Source: Mobula hypostoma (taxonomy: Eukaryota). Taken from it: a stretch of DNA of 64,000 nucleotides. Location: assembly GCF_963921235.1 (NCBI RefSeq), contig NC_086097.1, forward strand, positions 161,078,001-161,142,000. The letters run 5' to 3'. Every line of letters starts with the position of its first letter. Within the stretch, counting starts at the first letter, position 1. This document shows, piece by piece, positions 22,880-36,455 of the stretch. Made by a program: the position numbers and the translations under genes. The notes below the pieces were generated by a model that searched no databases, was not told the origin of the DNA, and saw only the letters and a list, made by a program, of their open reading frames with translations.

Positions 22880-25090
22880 AAGTATCAGTATTACCATGGA
22901 GCAAAAGGAATTACTGAGGCATGAGAGGACAATTGGCCAGAATTGATTGGAAAAGAACACTGGCAGGATGACAGCAGAACAGCAATGGCTGGAATTTCTG
23001 GAAGCAATTAGGAAGGCACAGGATATATACAACCCAAAAAGGAAGGAGTATTCTAAAGGAAAGATGATACAAACATGGCCAACAAAAGTCAAAGCCAACA
23101 TAAAAGCCAAAGAGAGGGAATATAATACAGCACAAATTAGTGGAAAATTAGAAGATTGGGAAGCTTTTAGAAAGTAACTAAAAAGACATGAAGAAGGTAA
23201 AGATGGACTATCAAATTAAGCCAGCTGGTAATATTAAAGAGGATATCAAAAGTTTCTTCAGATATATAAAAAGTAAAAGAGGGGTGAGAGTGGATATTGG
23301 AAAACAATGCTGGGGAGATAGTAATGGGGGAAACTAAATGGCAGATAAACTGAATAAGTACAGTATTTTGCATCAGTCTTCACTGTGGAAGACACAAGCA
23401 GTATGATGGCAGTTCCAGGTGTCAGGGGTCATGAAGTATGTGAAGTCACCATAACTATATAAAAAGTTCTTGGGAAACTGAAAGGTCTGAAGGTGGATAA
23501 GTCACGTGGACTAGTTAGGGTACACCGCAGGGTTTGGAAAGAGGAGGCTGAAGAAATTGTTGATGCATTATGAATGATCTTTCAAGAATTGCTAGATTCT
23601 GGAATGGTTCCGGAAGGCTGGAAAATTGCAAATGTCACTCCACTCTTCAAGAAGGGAGAGAGGTAGAAGTAAAGAAACTATAGATCAATTCATCTGACCT
23701 CAGTGGTTTGGAAGATGTTGGAATCGATTATTAAGGATGGTGTCTCAGGATACTTGGAAGCACTTGATAAAATAGGCCATAGTCAGCATTTTCCCTCAAG
23801 GGAAAATCTTGCCTGACAAATCTTTTGGAATGATTTAAAGAAATAACAAGCGGGATAGACAAAGGAGAATCGGTTGATATTGTGTACTTGGATTTTCAGA
23901 GGCCTTGGACAAGGTGTCACACATGAGACTGCTTAACAAACAACAAGACCATGGTGTTACAGAAAAGATTCTAGCATGGATAAAGCAGTGCCTGATAGGC
24001 AGGAGGCAAAGAGTCAGAATAAAGGGAGCCTTTTCTGGTTGGCTGCCAATGACCAGTGGTGTTCCACAGGGGTTTGTGTTGGAGCCGATTCTTCTTGCAT
24101 TATATGTCAATGATTTGGATGATGGAATTGATGAACAAACTTTGTTGCAAAGTTTGCAGATGATATGAAGATAAGTGGAGGGCCAAGTAGTTTTGATGAA
24201 GTAGGGGCGCTACACAAGATCTTAGACAGATTAGGCAAATGGGCAAAGAAATGACAAATAGAATAGAATACAGTGTGGGGAAGTGTATGGTCATGTACTT
24301 TTATAAAAAAAATGAACGGGTTGACTATTTTCTAAATGGAGAGAAAATACAGAAAAGCTGAGATGCAAAGGGACTTGGAAGTCCTTGTCCAGACTTCCAA
24401 AAGGCTAATTTGCAGTTGAGTCTGTGGTGAGGAAGACAAGTGTGATGTTAGCATTCATTTCAAGAAGACTAGAATATAATAGCAAGGATATAACGTTGAG
24501 GCTTTATACAGCACTTTGCTGAGCCCTCACTTGGAGTATTGTGAGCAGTTTTGGGCCCCTTATGATAGAAAGGATGTTCTGAAACTGGAAAGGGTTCAAA
24601 GGAGATTCACGAAAATGATTCCAGGATTCAATGGTTTGTCTTATGAAGAGCATTTAATGGCACTGGACCTGTATTCACTGGAAGTCAGAAGAATGGGGGG
24701 TGATGTTATTGAAACCTATTGAATGGTTAAAGGCCTTGACAGAGTGGAGGTGGAGAGGATGTTTCCCACGGTGAGAGTGTCTAAGACCAGAAGAGGCAGC
24801 CTCAGAATAGAGGGGCGACCTTTTAGAACAGAGATGAGGAGAAATTTCTTTAGCCAGAGAGTGGTGAATCTGTGGAATTCTTTACCACAGGCAGCTGGGG
24901 AGGTCAAGTGTTTATGCATACTTAACGTAGAGGTTGTTAGATTCTTGACTGGTCATGGCATGAAGGGATATAAGGAGAAGGCAGAAGATTGGGACTGAGA
25001 GGAAAATTTAATCAAACATGATAAAATTGCAGAGCAGTCTCGATGGGACAAATGGCCTAACTCTGCTCCTATATCTTCCAGTCTTATGGT
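22880..25090 (+). mobile_element. CR1 LINE inserted in the Gypsy left LTR
   Basis: ORF2 fragments (DKVSHMRLLNK, GVPQG, HLEYCEQFWAP) and a 3'UTR. LTR sequence resumes after it. Confidence 0.92.
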
Positions 25091-25246
25091 CAGACAATAC
25101 AGTCACAATACTTCTCAAATATCATTGAAATACCAAATACACTACATTTTTCCCTGCTTAGCTATAAACTCCAACTCTAACTCAGTATTGAATGCATCTC
25201 AACCCAAATACTGCATGCAATATATCGCTCTCTGGTCATACTGTGC

Positions 25247-25288
25247 GTATACATATATATATATATATATATATACACATACTATATA
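25247..25288. repeat. (TA)n/(CA)n microsatellite
   Basis: Read directly from the sequence. Confidence 0.9.
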
Positions 25289-26630
25289 ACTTCTATATAG
25301 AGAACCAGAACACAATAAATTTAAATTGCCCATTCAAGCCTAAAGATTTAATTGCTGTTGAGGATTTTTTATTCTTGTGGAATAACATCTTTCTTGATGG
25401 GGGAGGTGGGGGGTGGGCCACTCTGCTTTGTGGCTGAGACTTGTGGCTGTGAAAAAATCTCAGGTTCTGTGGTCTCCACTGTGCTGGATGGAGGAGTTGA
25501 TTTTAGGACTGTGGGTGCCATTCTTCTCCAGCAATGGACTCTGTTCTCCTCAACTGATTGATATGTCCTCTACAGATGAAACCAGATGCAATCTCCACTG
25601 TGTAGTTCTGTCCTTAGTATTTCCAAGTACCCACTTTTGATCATCTCTGTAGTTCCATGCCAAGACTACTTGTCCAGGAGTGAAACATCGAACCTCCTTG
25701 TTTGGGGAGCACTCAATTTGTCTCAGCTGTTTGTATGTCTGAGATTGGAACATGAGTACAAGGGATGAGCCAGGAACAGTATAGCTGGTGAGTTGTTGGT
25801 TGTGGAGTATGTTGCATTGCGATATGCAAAGAGGAAATCCATGAGTTTTTAATTCAATGTAGTGTGTTCTGCTGTCATTGCACGCAGTGCATTCTTTAGA
25901 CTCTGAACAAACCTAGTAGCTGGGTGGTACAGGGCAGATGCAATATGTCTTATTCCATTCATTTTCAGGAATGACTGAAATTGTTCCACTGACTAATTAT
26001 CTATGTCACTAACAAGTCCTTGAGAAGAGCATCTCAGCACATCAGTGGTGTGTGAGGCTGTAGTGGAGGCTAATGGGAACACCTTTGGCCACTTTGTAGC
26101 TGCATCCACTATTACCAAGAAATTTGTGCCCATGAATGGTCTGGCAAAATCCACACAAATCCTCTGCCATGGCATTGCAGGCCATTTGCAGGGATGGAAA
26201 ACACAGCTTTTGGCATCTTTTGGATGTGTTGGCATCCTGAACAGTGCGTGGCAAGCTGCTGAATTTGCCGATTTATCCTAGGCCACCAGACAAAGCCTCA
26301 AGACAATGCTTTCATTTTCACCACGCCTCGATGACTAGCATGTAGCTCCTCCAACATTTTAGCTCTCAGCTTGGAAGTTACAACAACTTTTAATCCTCAC
26401 ATAAAGCAATCCCCATCAAGGGCTAGTTCATCCCAGGGCTGGTAAAAATGGGAGAACTGGTATTTTGCTGCACATTCCAGCCATTTTGGATTGCCATGCA
26501 GACCTCAGACAGTGTGAGCTCTTCTCTGGTTTCCCTTTGAATCATCTCTGCCATAATAGGGAGACATTCAATATGCAATGGGAGAATACGTTAAAAGGAA
26601 TGTCCTCTTCCATAAATTTTTCAATTATTT

Positions 26631-29600
26631 TTTTACCAGAGCTTTAAAAGAGGGATTTCTCGCAGGTTGGCAGTAGTTATTTAAAAAGCGAGCTTTGCAA
26701 GCATTTGTCCATTGTACATGGCCTATCAGCGGCGTCAAAAGGAGACACTGCTAGCGGAGCGGTCATCGATGGAATGATCTAAGGCAAAGTGGTAGGGCTT
26801 TGGGGCTTTCAGGCTTCCAGGCTTCAGCGATATCGAATCGATGCGAGGTAAGTTACCTGTGAGGAATAGAAACAGGAAGTATGTGTGTGAGACTGGAGTT
26901 CTGTGCTGGGTGTCAGATGTGGGAAGTCCAGGAGACTCCCAGCCCCCTGGACGGCCACATCTGCACCAGGTGCGTTGAGCTGCAGGGACCGAGTTAGGGA
27001 ACTGGAGATGCAGCTTGATGACCTTCATCCGGTCAGGGAGAGTGAGGAGGTGATACAGAGGAGCTATAGGCAGGTAATCACACCAGGACCTCGGGAGAGA
27101 GATAAGTGGGTAACAGTCAGGAGAGGGAAGGGCAGGAGTCAGAGGCTAGAGAGTACCCTTGTGGCTGTCCTCCTTAACGATAAGTACTCCTGTTTGAGTA
27201 CTATTTGGGCGGACGGTCTACCTAGGGGAAGCAACAGTGGCCGTGCCTCTGGCACAGAGTCTGGCCCTGTGGCTCAGAAGGGTAGGGAAAGGAAGAAGGC
27301 AGCAGTGATAGGGGACTCTATAGTTAGGGGGTCATTCTGTGGACGCAGGAAAGAAACATGGATGGTAGTTTGCCACCCAGGTACCAGGGTCCAAGATGTT
27401 TCTGATCATGTCCACAACATCCTGAAGTGGGAAGGTAAACAGCCAGAGGTCGTGGTACATATTGGTACCAACGACATAGGTAGGAAAAGGGAGGAGGTCC
27501 TGAAAACAGACACCACTGAGTCAGGAAGGAAGTTGAGAAGCAGGACCTCAAAGATAGCAATCTCGGGATTACTGCCTGTGCCACATGACAGTGAATAAAG
27601 GAATAGAGTGAAGTGGAGGATAAATGTGTGGCTGAGGGATTGGAGCAGGGGGCAGGGATTCAGATTTCTGGATCACTGGGACCTCTCTTGGGGCTGCTGT
27701 GATCTGTACAAAAAGGACGAGTTGCACTTGAATCCAAGGGGGGGCCAATATCCTGGCAGGAAGGTTTGCTAAAGCTATTGGGGAGAGTTTAAACTAGAAT
27801 TGCCGGGGATTGGGAACTGAACTGAAGAAACGGAGGAAGGGCTGGTTGGCTCACAAGTAGAGAAAGCTTGGAGACAGTGTGAGAGGGAGGATAGGCAGGT
27901 GATAGAGAAGGGATACGCTCAGACTGATGGTTTGAAATGTGTCTATTTTAATGCAAGAAGCATCATGAACAAAGCAGATGAGCTTAGAGCGTGGAACAGT
28001 AATTGGAGTTATGATGTTGTGGCCATTACAGAGATTTGGATGGCTCTGGGGCAGGAATGGTTACTTAGAGTGCCAGGCTTTAGATGTTTCAGAAAGGACA
28101 GAGAGGGAAGCAAAAGAGGTGGGGCGTGGCACTGCTGATGAGAGATAGTGTCACGGCTGCAGAAAAGGAGGAAGTCATAGAGGGATTGTCTACTGAGTCT
28201 TTGTGGGTGGAAGTTAGAAACAGGAAGGTGTTAATAACTTTACTGAGTGTTTTTTATAGACCACCCAGTTCTAACAGGGGCATCGAGGAGCAGATAGGGA
28301 GACAGATTCTGGAAAGGTGTAATAATAACAGGGTTGTCGTGGTGGGAGATTTTCCCAAATATTGATTGGCATCTCCCTAGAGCAAGGTGTTTAGATAGGG
28401 TGGAGTTTGTTAGGTGTGTTCAGGAACGTTTCCTGACAGAATATGTAGATAAGTCTACAAGAGGAGAGGCTGTACTTGATCTGGTATTGGCAATGAACTT
28501 GGTCAGGTGTCAGGTCTCTCAGTGGGAGAGCATTTTGGAGATAGTGATCACAATTCTATCTCCATTCCCTAGCGTTGGAGAGGGACAGGAACAGGAACAG
28601 ACAAGTTAGGAGAGCGTTTAATTAGAGTAAGGGGAAATACGAAGCTGTCAGGCAGGAACTTGGAAGCATAAATTGGGAATAGATATTCTCAGGGAAATGT
28701 ATGGCAGAAATGTGGCGAATGTTCAGGGGATATTTGCGTGGTGTTCTGCATAGGTATGTTCCAATGAGACAGGGAAAGGATGGTAGGGTACAGGAACCGT
28801 GGTGTACAAAAGCTGTTGAAAATCTAGTCAAGAAGGTAAGAAATGTTCAAAGAACTATGTAATGTTAGAGATCTAGAAGATTATAAGGCTGGCAGGAAAG
28901 AGCTTAAGAATGAAATTAGGAGAGCCAGAAGGGGCCATGAGAAGGCCTTGCCGAGCAGTATTAAAGAAAACCCCAAGGCATTCTATGAAGAGCAAGAGGA
29001 TAAGACGTGAGAGAATAAGACCAATCAAGTGTGACAGAGGAAAAGTGTGTATGGAACTGGAGGAGATAGCAAAGGTACTTAATAAATACTTTGCTTCGGT
29101 ATTCACTATGGAAAAGAATCTTGACGATTGTAGGGATGACTCACAGTGGATTCAACAGCTTGAGCATATAGACATTAAGAAAGAGGATGTGCTAGAGCTT
29201 TCGGAAAGCATCAAGATGGTTAAGTCACCAGGACCAGACGGATATACCCCAGACTACTGTGGAAGGCGAGGGAGATGATTGCTGAGCCTCTGGCAATGAT
29301 CCTTGCATCATCAATGGGAACAGGAGAGGTTCCAGAGGATTGGAGGGTTGCAGATATTGTTCCCTTATTCAAGAAAGGGAGTAGAGATAGCCCATGAAAT
29401 TATAGACCAGCGAGCCTTACTTCAGTGCTTGGTAAGTTGATGGAAAAGATTCTGAGAGGCAGGATTTATGAACATTTAGAGAGGCATAATATGATTAGGA
29501 ATAGTCAGCATGACTTTATGAAAGGCAGGTCATGCCTTATGAGCCTGATTGAATTTTTTGAGGATGTGATTAAACACACTGATGAAGGTAGAGCAGTAGA

Positions 29601-30787
29601 TGTAGTGTATATGGATTTCAGCAAGGCATTTGATAAGGTACCCCATGCAAGGCTTATTGAGAGAGTAAGGAGGCATGGGATCCAAGGGGGCCTTGGTTTG
29701 TGGATCCAGAATTGGCTTGCCCACAGAAGGTAAAGAGTGGTTGTAGATGGGTCGCATTCTGCATGGAGGCCGGTGACCAGTGGTGTGCCTCAGGGATCTG
29801 TTCTGGGACCCCTTCTCTTTGTGATTTTTATAAATGACCTGGATGAGGAAGTGGAGGGATGGGTTAGTAAATCCTCTGATGACACAAAGGTTGGGGGCAT
29901 TGTGGATAGTGTGGAGGACTCTCAGAAGTTACAGTGGGACATCGATATGATGCAAAACTGGGCTGAGAAGTGGCAGATGGAGTTCAACCCAGGTAAGTGT
30001 GAAGTGGTTCATTTTGGTAGGTCAAATATGATGGCAGAATATAGTATTAATGGTAAGACTCCTGGCAGCGTGGAGGATCAGAGGGATCTTGGGGTCCGAG
30101 TCCATAGGACAGTCAAAGCTGCTGTGCAGGTTGACTCTGTGGTTAAGAAGACATACGGTGCATTGGCCTTCATCAATCATGGAATTGAATTCAGGAACCG
30201 AGAGGTAATGTTACAACTGTTCAGGACCCTGGTCAGACCCCACTTGGAGTATTGTGCTCAGTTCTGGTCGCCTCACTACAGGAAGGATGTGGAAACCATA
30301 GAAAGGGTGCAGAGGAGATTTACAAAGAATTTGCCTGAATTGGGGAGCATGCCTTATGAGAATAGGTTGAATGAACTCGGCCTTTTCTCCTTGGAGTGAC
30401 AGAGGATAAGAGGTGACCTGATAGGGTGTATAAGATGATTTAAGGTATTGATTGTGTGGATAGTCAGAGGCTTTTTCCCAGGGCTGAAATGGCTAAGATG
30501 AGTGGGCACGGTTTTAAGGTGCTTGGAAGTAGGTACAGAGGAGTTGTCAGAGATGAGTTTTTTACGCAGAGAGTGGTGAGTGCGTGGAATGGGCTGCCAT
30601 CGACGGTGGTGGAGGTGGATACAATGGGGTCTTTTAAGAAACTCCTGGATAGGTACATGGAGTTTAGAAAAATAAAGGGCTCTGGGTAACCCTAGGTAAT
30701 TTCTAAAGTAAGTATGTGTTCGGCACAGTATTGTGGGCCGAAGGGCCTGTATTGTACTGTAGGTTTTCTATGTTTTTATGTTTTTAT
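26631..30787 (+). mobile_element. Full-length (about 4.15 kb) CR1 LINE with ORF1 and ORF2, pseudogenised, inserted in Gypsy pol
   Basis: 5'UTR; ORF1 coiled coil (DRVRELEMQLDDL) and SGNH esterase motifs (VIGDSIVRG, VVVHIGTNDIG). ORF2 starts KCVYFNARSIMNKADEL and has RT motifs. (TTCTATGT)-type tail. Confidence 0.95.
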
Positions 30788-32609
30788 TTCTTTTTCTAAG
30801 CATAAAGAGGACAATCCATCAGTGTTTCCATGATTAGTTGACCTCTTGAATTCGATCATGTAATAGTTTTTTTTAGGAAATACGGCCGATCTCTGCAGTC
30901 ATGTTGCTGCTCTTTGTGGAACATCATTCTGTGTTTTGAAAATGGACACCAGAGTTTAAAGATCAGTAATGAAGGTAAACTCTCCCATATAAGTACTGGT
31001 TGAAATATTTTACACCCCATACCAGACTGATGACTCTCTGTCAATCTGTACGTAATTTTTCTCTGCAGTGGTAATGGAACATAATGTAAATTATGGGCCA
31101 TTCACTTCCATCACTCATAACATGAGAAATGGCGGCAACCATATCATAAAGCAAGGCATCACAGGAGAGCTCTACTGGATGTTGTGAAGTATAATGTGTG
31201 AATACAGTGTCTGATATCACCATTTCCTTTACCTTTTGAAACGCCACCTCACATTGCTTTGTCCATTGCCAATTGTGCTGAGAAATTTCAAGCTGTGGTG
31301 GCCAAAGGATGTGTCACAGTTGTGGTCCTTTTTAGGATTTGTCAATTACTGGAACAGGTTCCTGCCAAGCCTGACTACAGTGCTCTACCTATTGAACTCA
31401 CATTGTTTTGTCGTGTTCTGAGCCCACAATCTTCTAATCTTTTTAACACTCTCTTGAGATTTTGGAGATGTTCCTTGTCATCCTTACTGGTAAGAATGAT
31501 GTCATCTAGGTAACATTGAGTTCAGCACCTGATCCATTGCTTACTGCCAGAGTGCCTATTATAGTGATAACACCCATTGTGAGTGTTTATGGTGACAAAC
31601 ACTTTGGACTCTTTTTCCATCTTCATCTATGGGTAGGCCTCAGCTAAGTCCTCTTTGCTGAAGTGTTTCCCTCCAGAAAGGTTTGTGATAGGTAATCTCT
31701 ATCTCTAAACCAAGCATCGCTTACAGTGGTCATACCATTGACACACAAGATTTTACACAAGTGTGCTGAGAAATTTCAAGCTGTGGTGGCCAAAGGACAT
31801 GTCACAGTTGTGGAACTGAACTACTTTTTGTACCTGGTTGATGGTGACCTTAAAATTGCCACATATCCCAACGGACCCATCCTTCTTTGCTACTGGGACA
31901 ACTAGTATTGCCCATGGGGCTCTGTTAAAGCTTGAAAAGAATTCTTTCAGCATCCATGTGATAAAGCTCATTGGCTACTTTATCATGGATGGTATGAGGA
32001 ACTGGACAGGCTTTGTAAACTTGGGTGCATCATTTTTCATTTAACAATATTTTACTGTTGATATGTTTGAGTTTTCCAATGCCATCCAAGAACACTGCTG
32101 TCATATCATCCAATATCTTTCTTAATCACTTTCATTTGACACCGTTGCAGGGGATGTGGCATACAAATGGTGGATGGATCTCCAATCATGTTGTAGTTAT
32201 ATCAGCCGATCATGATTTCATAACGCTGGCCCTCCTGTTTTAAACCCATACAAGCCCAATGTGGCTTGTTGTTTGTTGTATATCGCTAACAATGCTCAGA
32301 CAATTTCTTCAGTTTAGCCACGTGAGCTGAAGTGGACTCCTTTACATTTGATTTCGCTTAGGAAACCTAAATGCTCCTGCGTTACATTCACAATACCAGC
32401 AAAGCTCACTTCAGCTAGTTTGTGGAGCAGTTAAATATCTAGCCAAACTATATGCTTTTCCACCCATGCTACTGCTTGGCAACAGTAGCACTCATTTTTC
32501 ATTTGCCATTTCATTTGCTTCAAAATACTGCTCAATCCTTTCAGTATACATCATCCAGTTATCTGTTGTGCATCAAATGTAGCCAGCCATTTCTGCTTTT
32601 TTAAAAATG

Positions 32610-33040
32610 TATTATCTGGTCAATCTTGCTGTATGCTTCCGAAACATGGACTATAACACCAGAACTCCCAAGAAATTTAGAAGCAACAGAAATGTGGTTT
32701 CTTAGAAGAATGCTGAAAATATCATTTAGAGATAGGGTGACTAATGAGACAGTACTCCAACATGCCCATACAAAAAGATCTTTAATGAGAACATTTAATA
32801 AGAGGAAACTTAAATTCCTGGGCTGTCATCAGAAAGGGAGAAATAGAATGCCTTACATTACAAGGCCGTGTGCCTGGGAGACACAGAAGAGGAAGGCAAA
32901 GAAGAAAATATATGGACACTGTGTAAGAACTAACAGATCTAAGTGTGCGAGATATCATTGACGCTGCGAGGGATCGTTCGATATGGGGAGCCATGATCGC
33001 CCAAGCGTGTAACGTGTAAGGCGCATGAAAAAGAAGAAGA
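32610..33040 (+). mobile_element. RTE-clade LINE 3' fragment
   Basis: LYASETWT...LEATEMWFLRRMLKISFRDRVTNETVL...KRKLKFLG, followed by an (AAG)n tail. Confidence 0.8.
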
Positions 33041-36000
33041 CCTATAGTCCTGTATTTTTCTAAGCTCCATGTACCCATCCAAAAGCCTCTTAAAAGAACC
33101 TGTTGTATCCACCTACACCACCTTTGCCGGCAGCCCATTCCACACACTCACGACTCTCTGAGTAAAAAACTTACCCCTGACACCTCCTCTGTACCTACTC
33201 CCCAGCACCTTAAACCTGTGTCCTCTTGTGGCAACCATTTCAGCCCTGGGAAAAAGCCTCTGATTATCCACATAATCAATGGCTCTCATCATCAAATCCC
33301 TGAGGCACTCCACTGATGACCAACCTCCACGCAGAATATGACCCGTCTGCAACCACTCTTTGCATTCTGTGGGCAAGTCAGTTCTGGATCCACAAAGCAA
33401 TGTCCCCTTGGATCCCATGCCTCCTTACTTTTTCAATAAGCCTTGCATGGGGTACCTTATCAAATGCCTTGCTGAAATCCATACGTACCACATCTACTAC
33501 TCTTCCTGCATCAACGTGTTTAGTCACATCCTCAAAAAATTCAATCAGACTCGTAAGGCGTGACCTGCCCTTGACAAAGTCATGCTGACTATTCCTAATC
33601 ATATTCTATCTCTCCAAATGTTCATAAATCCTGCCTCTCAGGATCTTTTCCATCAACTAAACACATTGATGAAGAATGCAAAGAGTGGTTGTAGATGGGT
33701 CATATACTGCATGGAGGTCGGTCACCAGTGGAGTACCTCAGTGATCTGTTCCAGGACCCTTACTCTTCGTGATTTTTATAAATGACCTGGATGAGGAAGT
33801 GGAGAGATGGGTTAGTAAGTTTGCTGATGATACAAGGGTTGGAGGTGTTGTGGATAGTGTGGAGGGCTGTCAGAGGTTACAGCAGGACATTGATAGGATG
33901 CAAAACTGGGCTGAGAAGTGGCAGATGGAGTTCAACACAGATAAGTGTGTAGTGGTTCATTTTGGTAGGTCAAATATGATGGCAGAATATAGTATTAATG
34001 GGAAGACTCTTGGCAGTGTAGAGGATCAGAGGGATCTTGGGGTCCGAGTCCATAGGATGCTCAAAGCAGCTGTGCATGTTGACTCTGTGGTTAAGAAGGC
34101 GTACGGTGTATTGGCCTTCATCAATCGTGGAATTGAATTTAGGAGCTGAGAGGTAACGTAGCTATATAAGACCCCAGTCAGACCCCACTTGGAGTACCAT
34201 GCTCAGTTCTGGTCACCTCACTACAGGAAGGACGTGGAAAACATAGAAAGGGTGCAGAGGAGATTTACAAGGATGTTGCCTGGATTGGGGCGCATGCTTT
34301 ATGAGAATAGGTTAAGTGAACTTGGTCTTTTTTCCTTGGAGCAAGGGAGGATGAGAGGTGACCTGATAGAGGTGTATAAGATTATGAGAGGCGTTGATCA
34401 TGTGGATAGTCAGAGGCTTTTTCCCAGGGCGGAAATGGTTGCCAGAAGAGGACACAAGTTTAAGGTGCTGGAGAGTAGGTCAGGGGTAAGTTTTTTACTC
34501 AGAGAGTGGTGAGTGCGTGGAATGGGCTGCCAGCAACGGTGGTGGAGGCAGATACGATAGGGGCTTTTAAGAGACTTTTGGATAGGTACATGGAGCTTAG
34601 AAAAATAGAGGGCTATAGGTAAGCCTAGTAATTTCTAAGGTAGGGACATGTTCGGCACAACTTTGTGGGCTGAAGGGCCTGTATTGTGCTGTAGGTTTTC
34701 TATGCTTCTATGTTTCTAACTTACCTATCACTGAAGTAAGACTCACTGGTTTATAATTTCCTGGGCTATCTCTACTTTTCTTGAATAAAGGAACAACATC
34801 CACAACCCTCCAATCCTCCGGAACCTCTCCCATCCCCATTGATGATGCAAAGATCATCGCCAGAGGCTCAGCAATCTCCTCCCTCGCCTCCCACAGTAGC
34901 CTGGGGTACATCTCATCCGGTCACGGCAACTTATCCAACTTGATGCTTTCCAAAATTTCCAGCACGTCCTTTTTCTTAATATCCACATACTCAAGCTTCT
35001 CAGTCTGCTGCAAGTCATCACTACAAACACCAAGATCCTTTTCCATAGTGAATACTGAAGTAAAGTATTCATTAAGTACCTCTGCTATTTCCTTCGGTTC
35101 CATACACACTTCCCCACTGTCACATTTGATAAATCCTATTCTTTCACGTCTTATCCTCTTGCTCTTCACATACCTGTAGAATGCCTTGGGGTTTTCCTTA
35201 ATCCGGCCTGCCAAGGCCTTCTCATGGCCCCTTCTGGCTCTCCTAATTTCCTTCTTAAGCTCGTTCCTGCTAGCCTTATAATCTTCTAGATCTCTAACAT
35301 TACCTAGCTCTCTGAACCTTTTGTAAGCTTTTCTTTTCTTCTTGACTAGCTTTATTACAGCCTTTGTACACCACAGTTCCTGTACCCTACCATAACTTCC
35401 CTGTCTCATTGGAACATACCTATGCAGAACTCCACACAAATATCCCCGAACATTTGCCACATTTCTTCCGTGCATTTCCCTGAGAACATCTGTTTCCAAT
35501 TTAAGCTTCTAATTTCCTGCCTGATAGCCTCATAATTCCCCTTACTCCAATTAAACACTTTTCTAACTTGTCTGTTTCTATCTCTCTCCAATGCTATTGT
35601 AAAGGAGATAGAATTATGTTCACTATCTCCAAAATGCTCTCCCACTGAGAGATCTGATACCTGACCAGGTTCATGTCCCAGTACCAAATCAGGTACAGCC
35701 TCTTGTAAGCTTATCTACATATTGTGTCAAGAAACCTTCCTGAACACACCTAACAAACTCCACTCCATCTACAATTGATATTTGGGAAATTAAAATCTCC
35801 CATCATGACAACTTTGTTATTATTACACCTTTCCAGGATCTGTTTCCCTATCTGCTCCTTGATATCCCTGTTACTATTGGGCGGCCTATAAAACACACCC
35901 AGTAAAGTTATTGACCCCTTCCTGTTCCTAACCTCCACCCACAGAGACTCCGTAGACAATCCCTCCATGGCGTCCACCTTTTCTGCAGCCGTGACACTAT

Positions 36001-36145
36001 CTCTGATCAACAGTGCCACGCCCCCACCTCTTTTGCCTCCCTCCCTGTTCTTTCTGAAACATCTAAATCCAGGCACTTGAAGTAACCTTTCCAGTCCCTG
36101 AGCCATCCAAGTCTCTGTAATGGCCACCACATCATAGCTCCAAGT
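33041..36145 (-). mobile_element. CR1 LINE (internally deleted), split by the CR1 at 33659-34717
   Basis: Endonuclease at 35750-36130, mid-ORF2 at 34718-35700, and RT/3' parts at 33041-33658. The sequence is colinear across the insertion. Confidence 0.9.
33659..34717 (+). mobile_element. 5'-truncated CR1 inserted antisense into a closely related CR1
   Basis: FADDTRV and EYHAQFWSP motifs, 3' tail tctatgtttct. AACT is duplicated at 33655-33658 and 34718-34721. Confidence 0.9.
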
Positions 36146-36149
36146 CTCC

Positions 36150-36455
36150 TATTAGAAAATCTCCTATTAGATTTCCCCTTCTCCAGCCCTATGTCTCTTT
36201 CACCAATCAACTTCCTGGCTCTTTACTTCACCCCTCCCCCTCTCAGTTTCACCTATCACCTTGTGTTTCTCCCTCTCCTCCCCCACCTTTTAACTCTACC
36301 CCTCATTTTTTTTCTCTAGTCCTGCTGAAGGGTCTCGGCCCGAAACATCAACTGTACTCTTTTCCATGGCTGCTGCCTGGCCTTCTGAGTTCCGCCAGCA
36401 TTTTGTGTGTGTTGCTTGGATTTGTAGCATCTGCAGATTTTCTCTTATTTGTGAG
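36150..36455 (+). mobile_element. Penelope-like element 3' fragment
   Basis: Pyrimidine-rich tract, hammerhead-like motif and terminal gctgcctggcc...gagttccgccagcattttgtgtgt, all shared with 57855-58540. Confidence 0.75.
36317..36354 (+). ncRNA. Minimal type I hammerhead ribozyme-like motif (core variant CUGCUGA)
   Basis: tagtc-CTGCTGA-aGGGtctcggCCC-GAAAC-ATC-aactg: helix I, core, helix II, GAAA and an NUH triplet. Confidence 0.6.
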
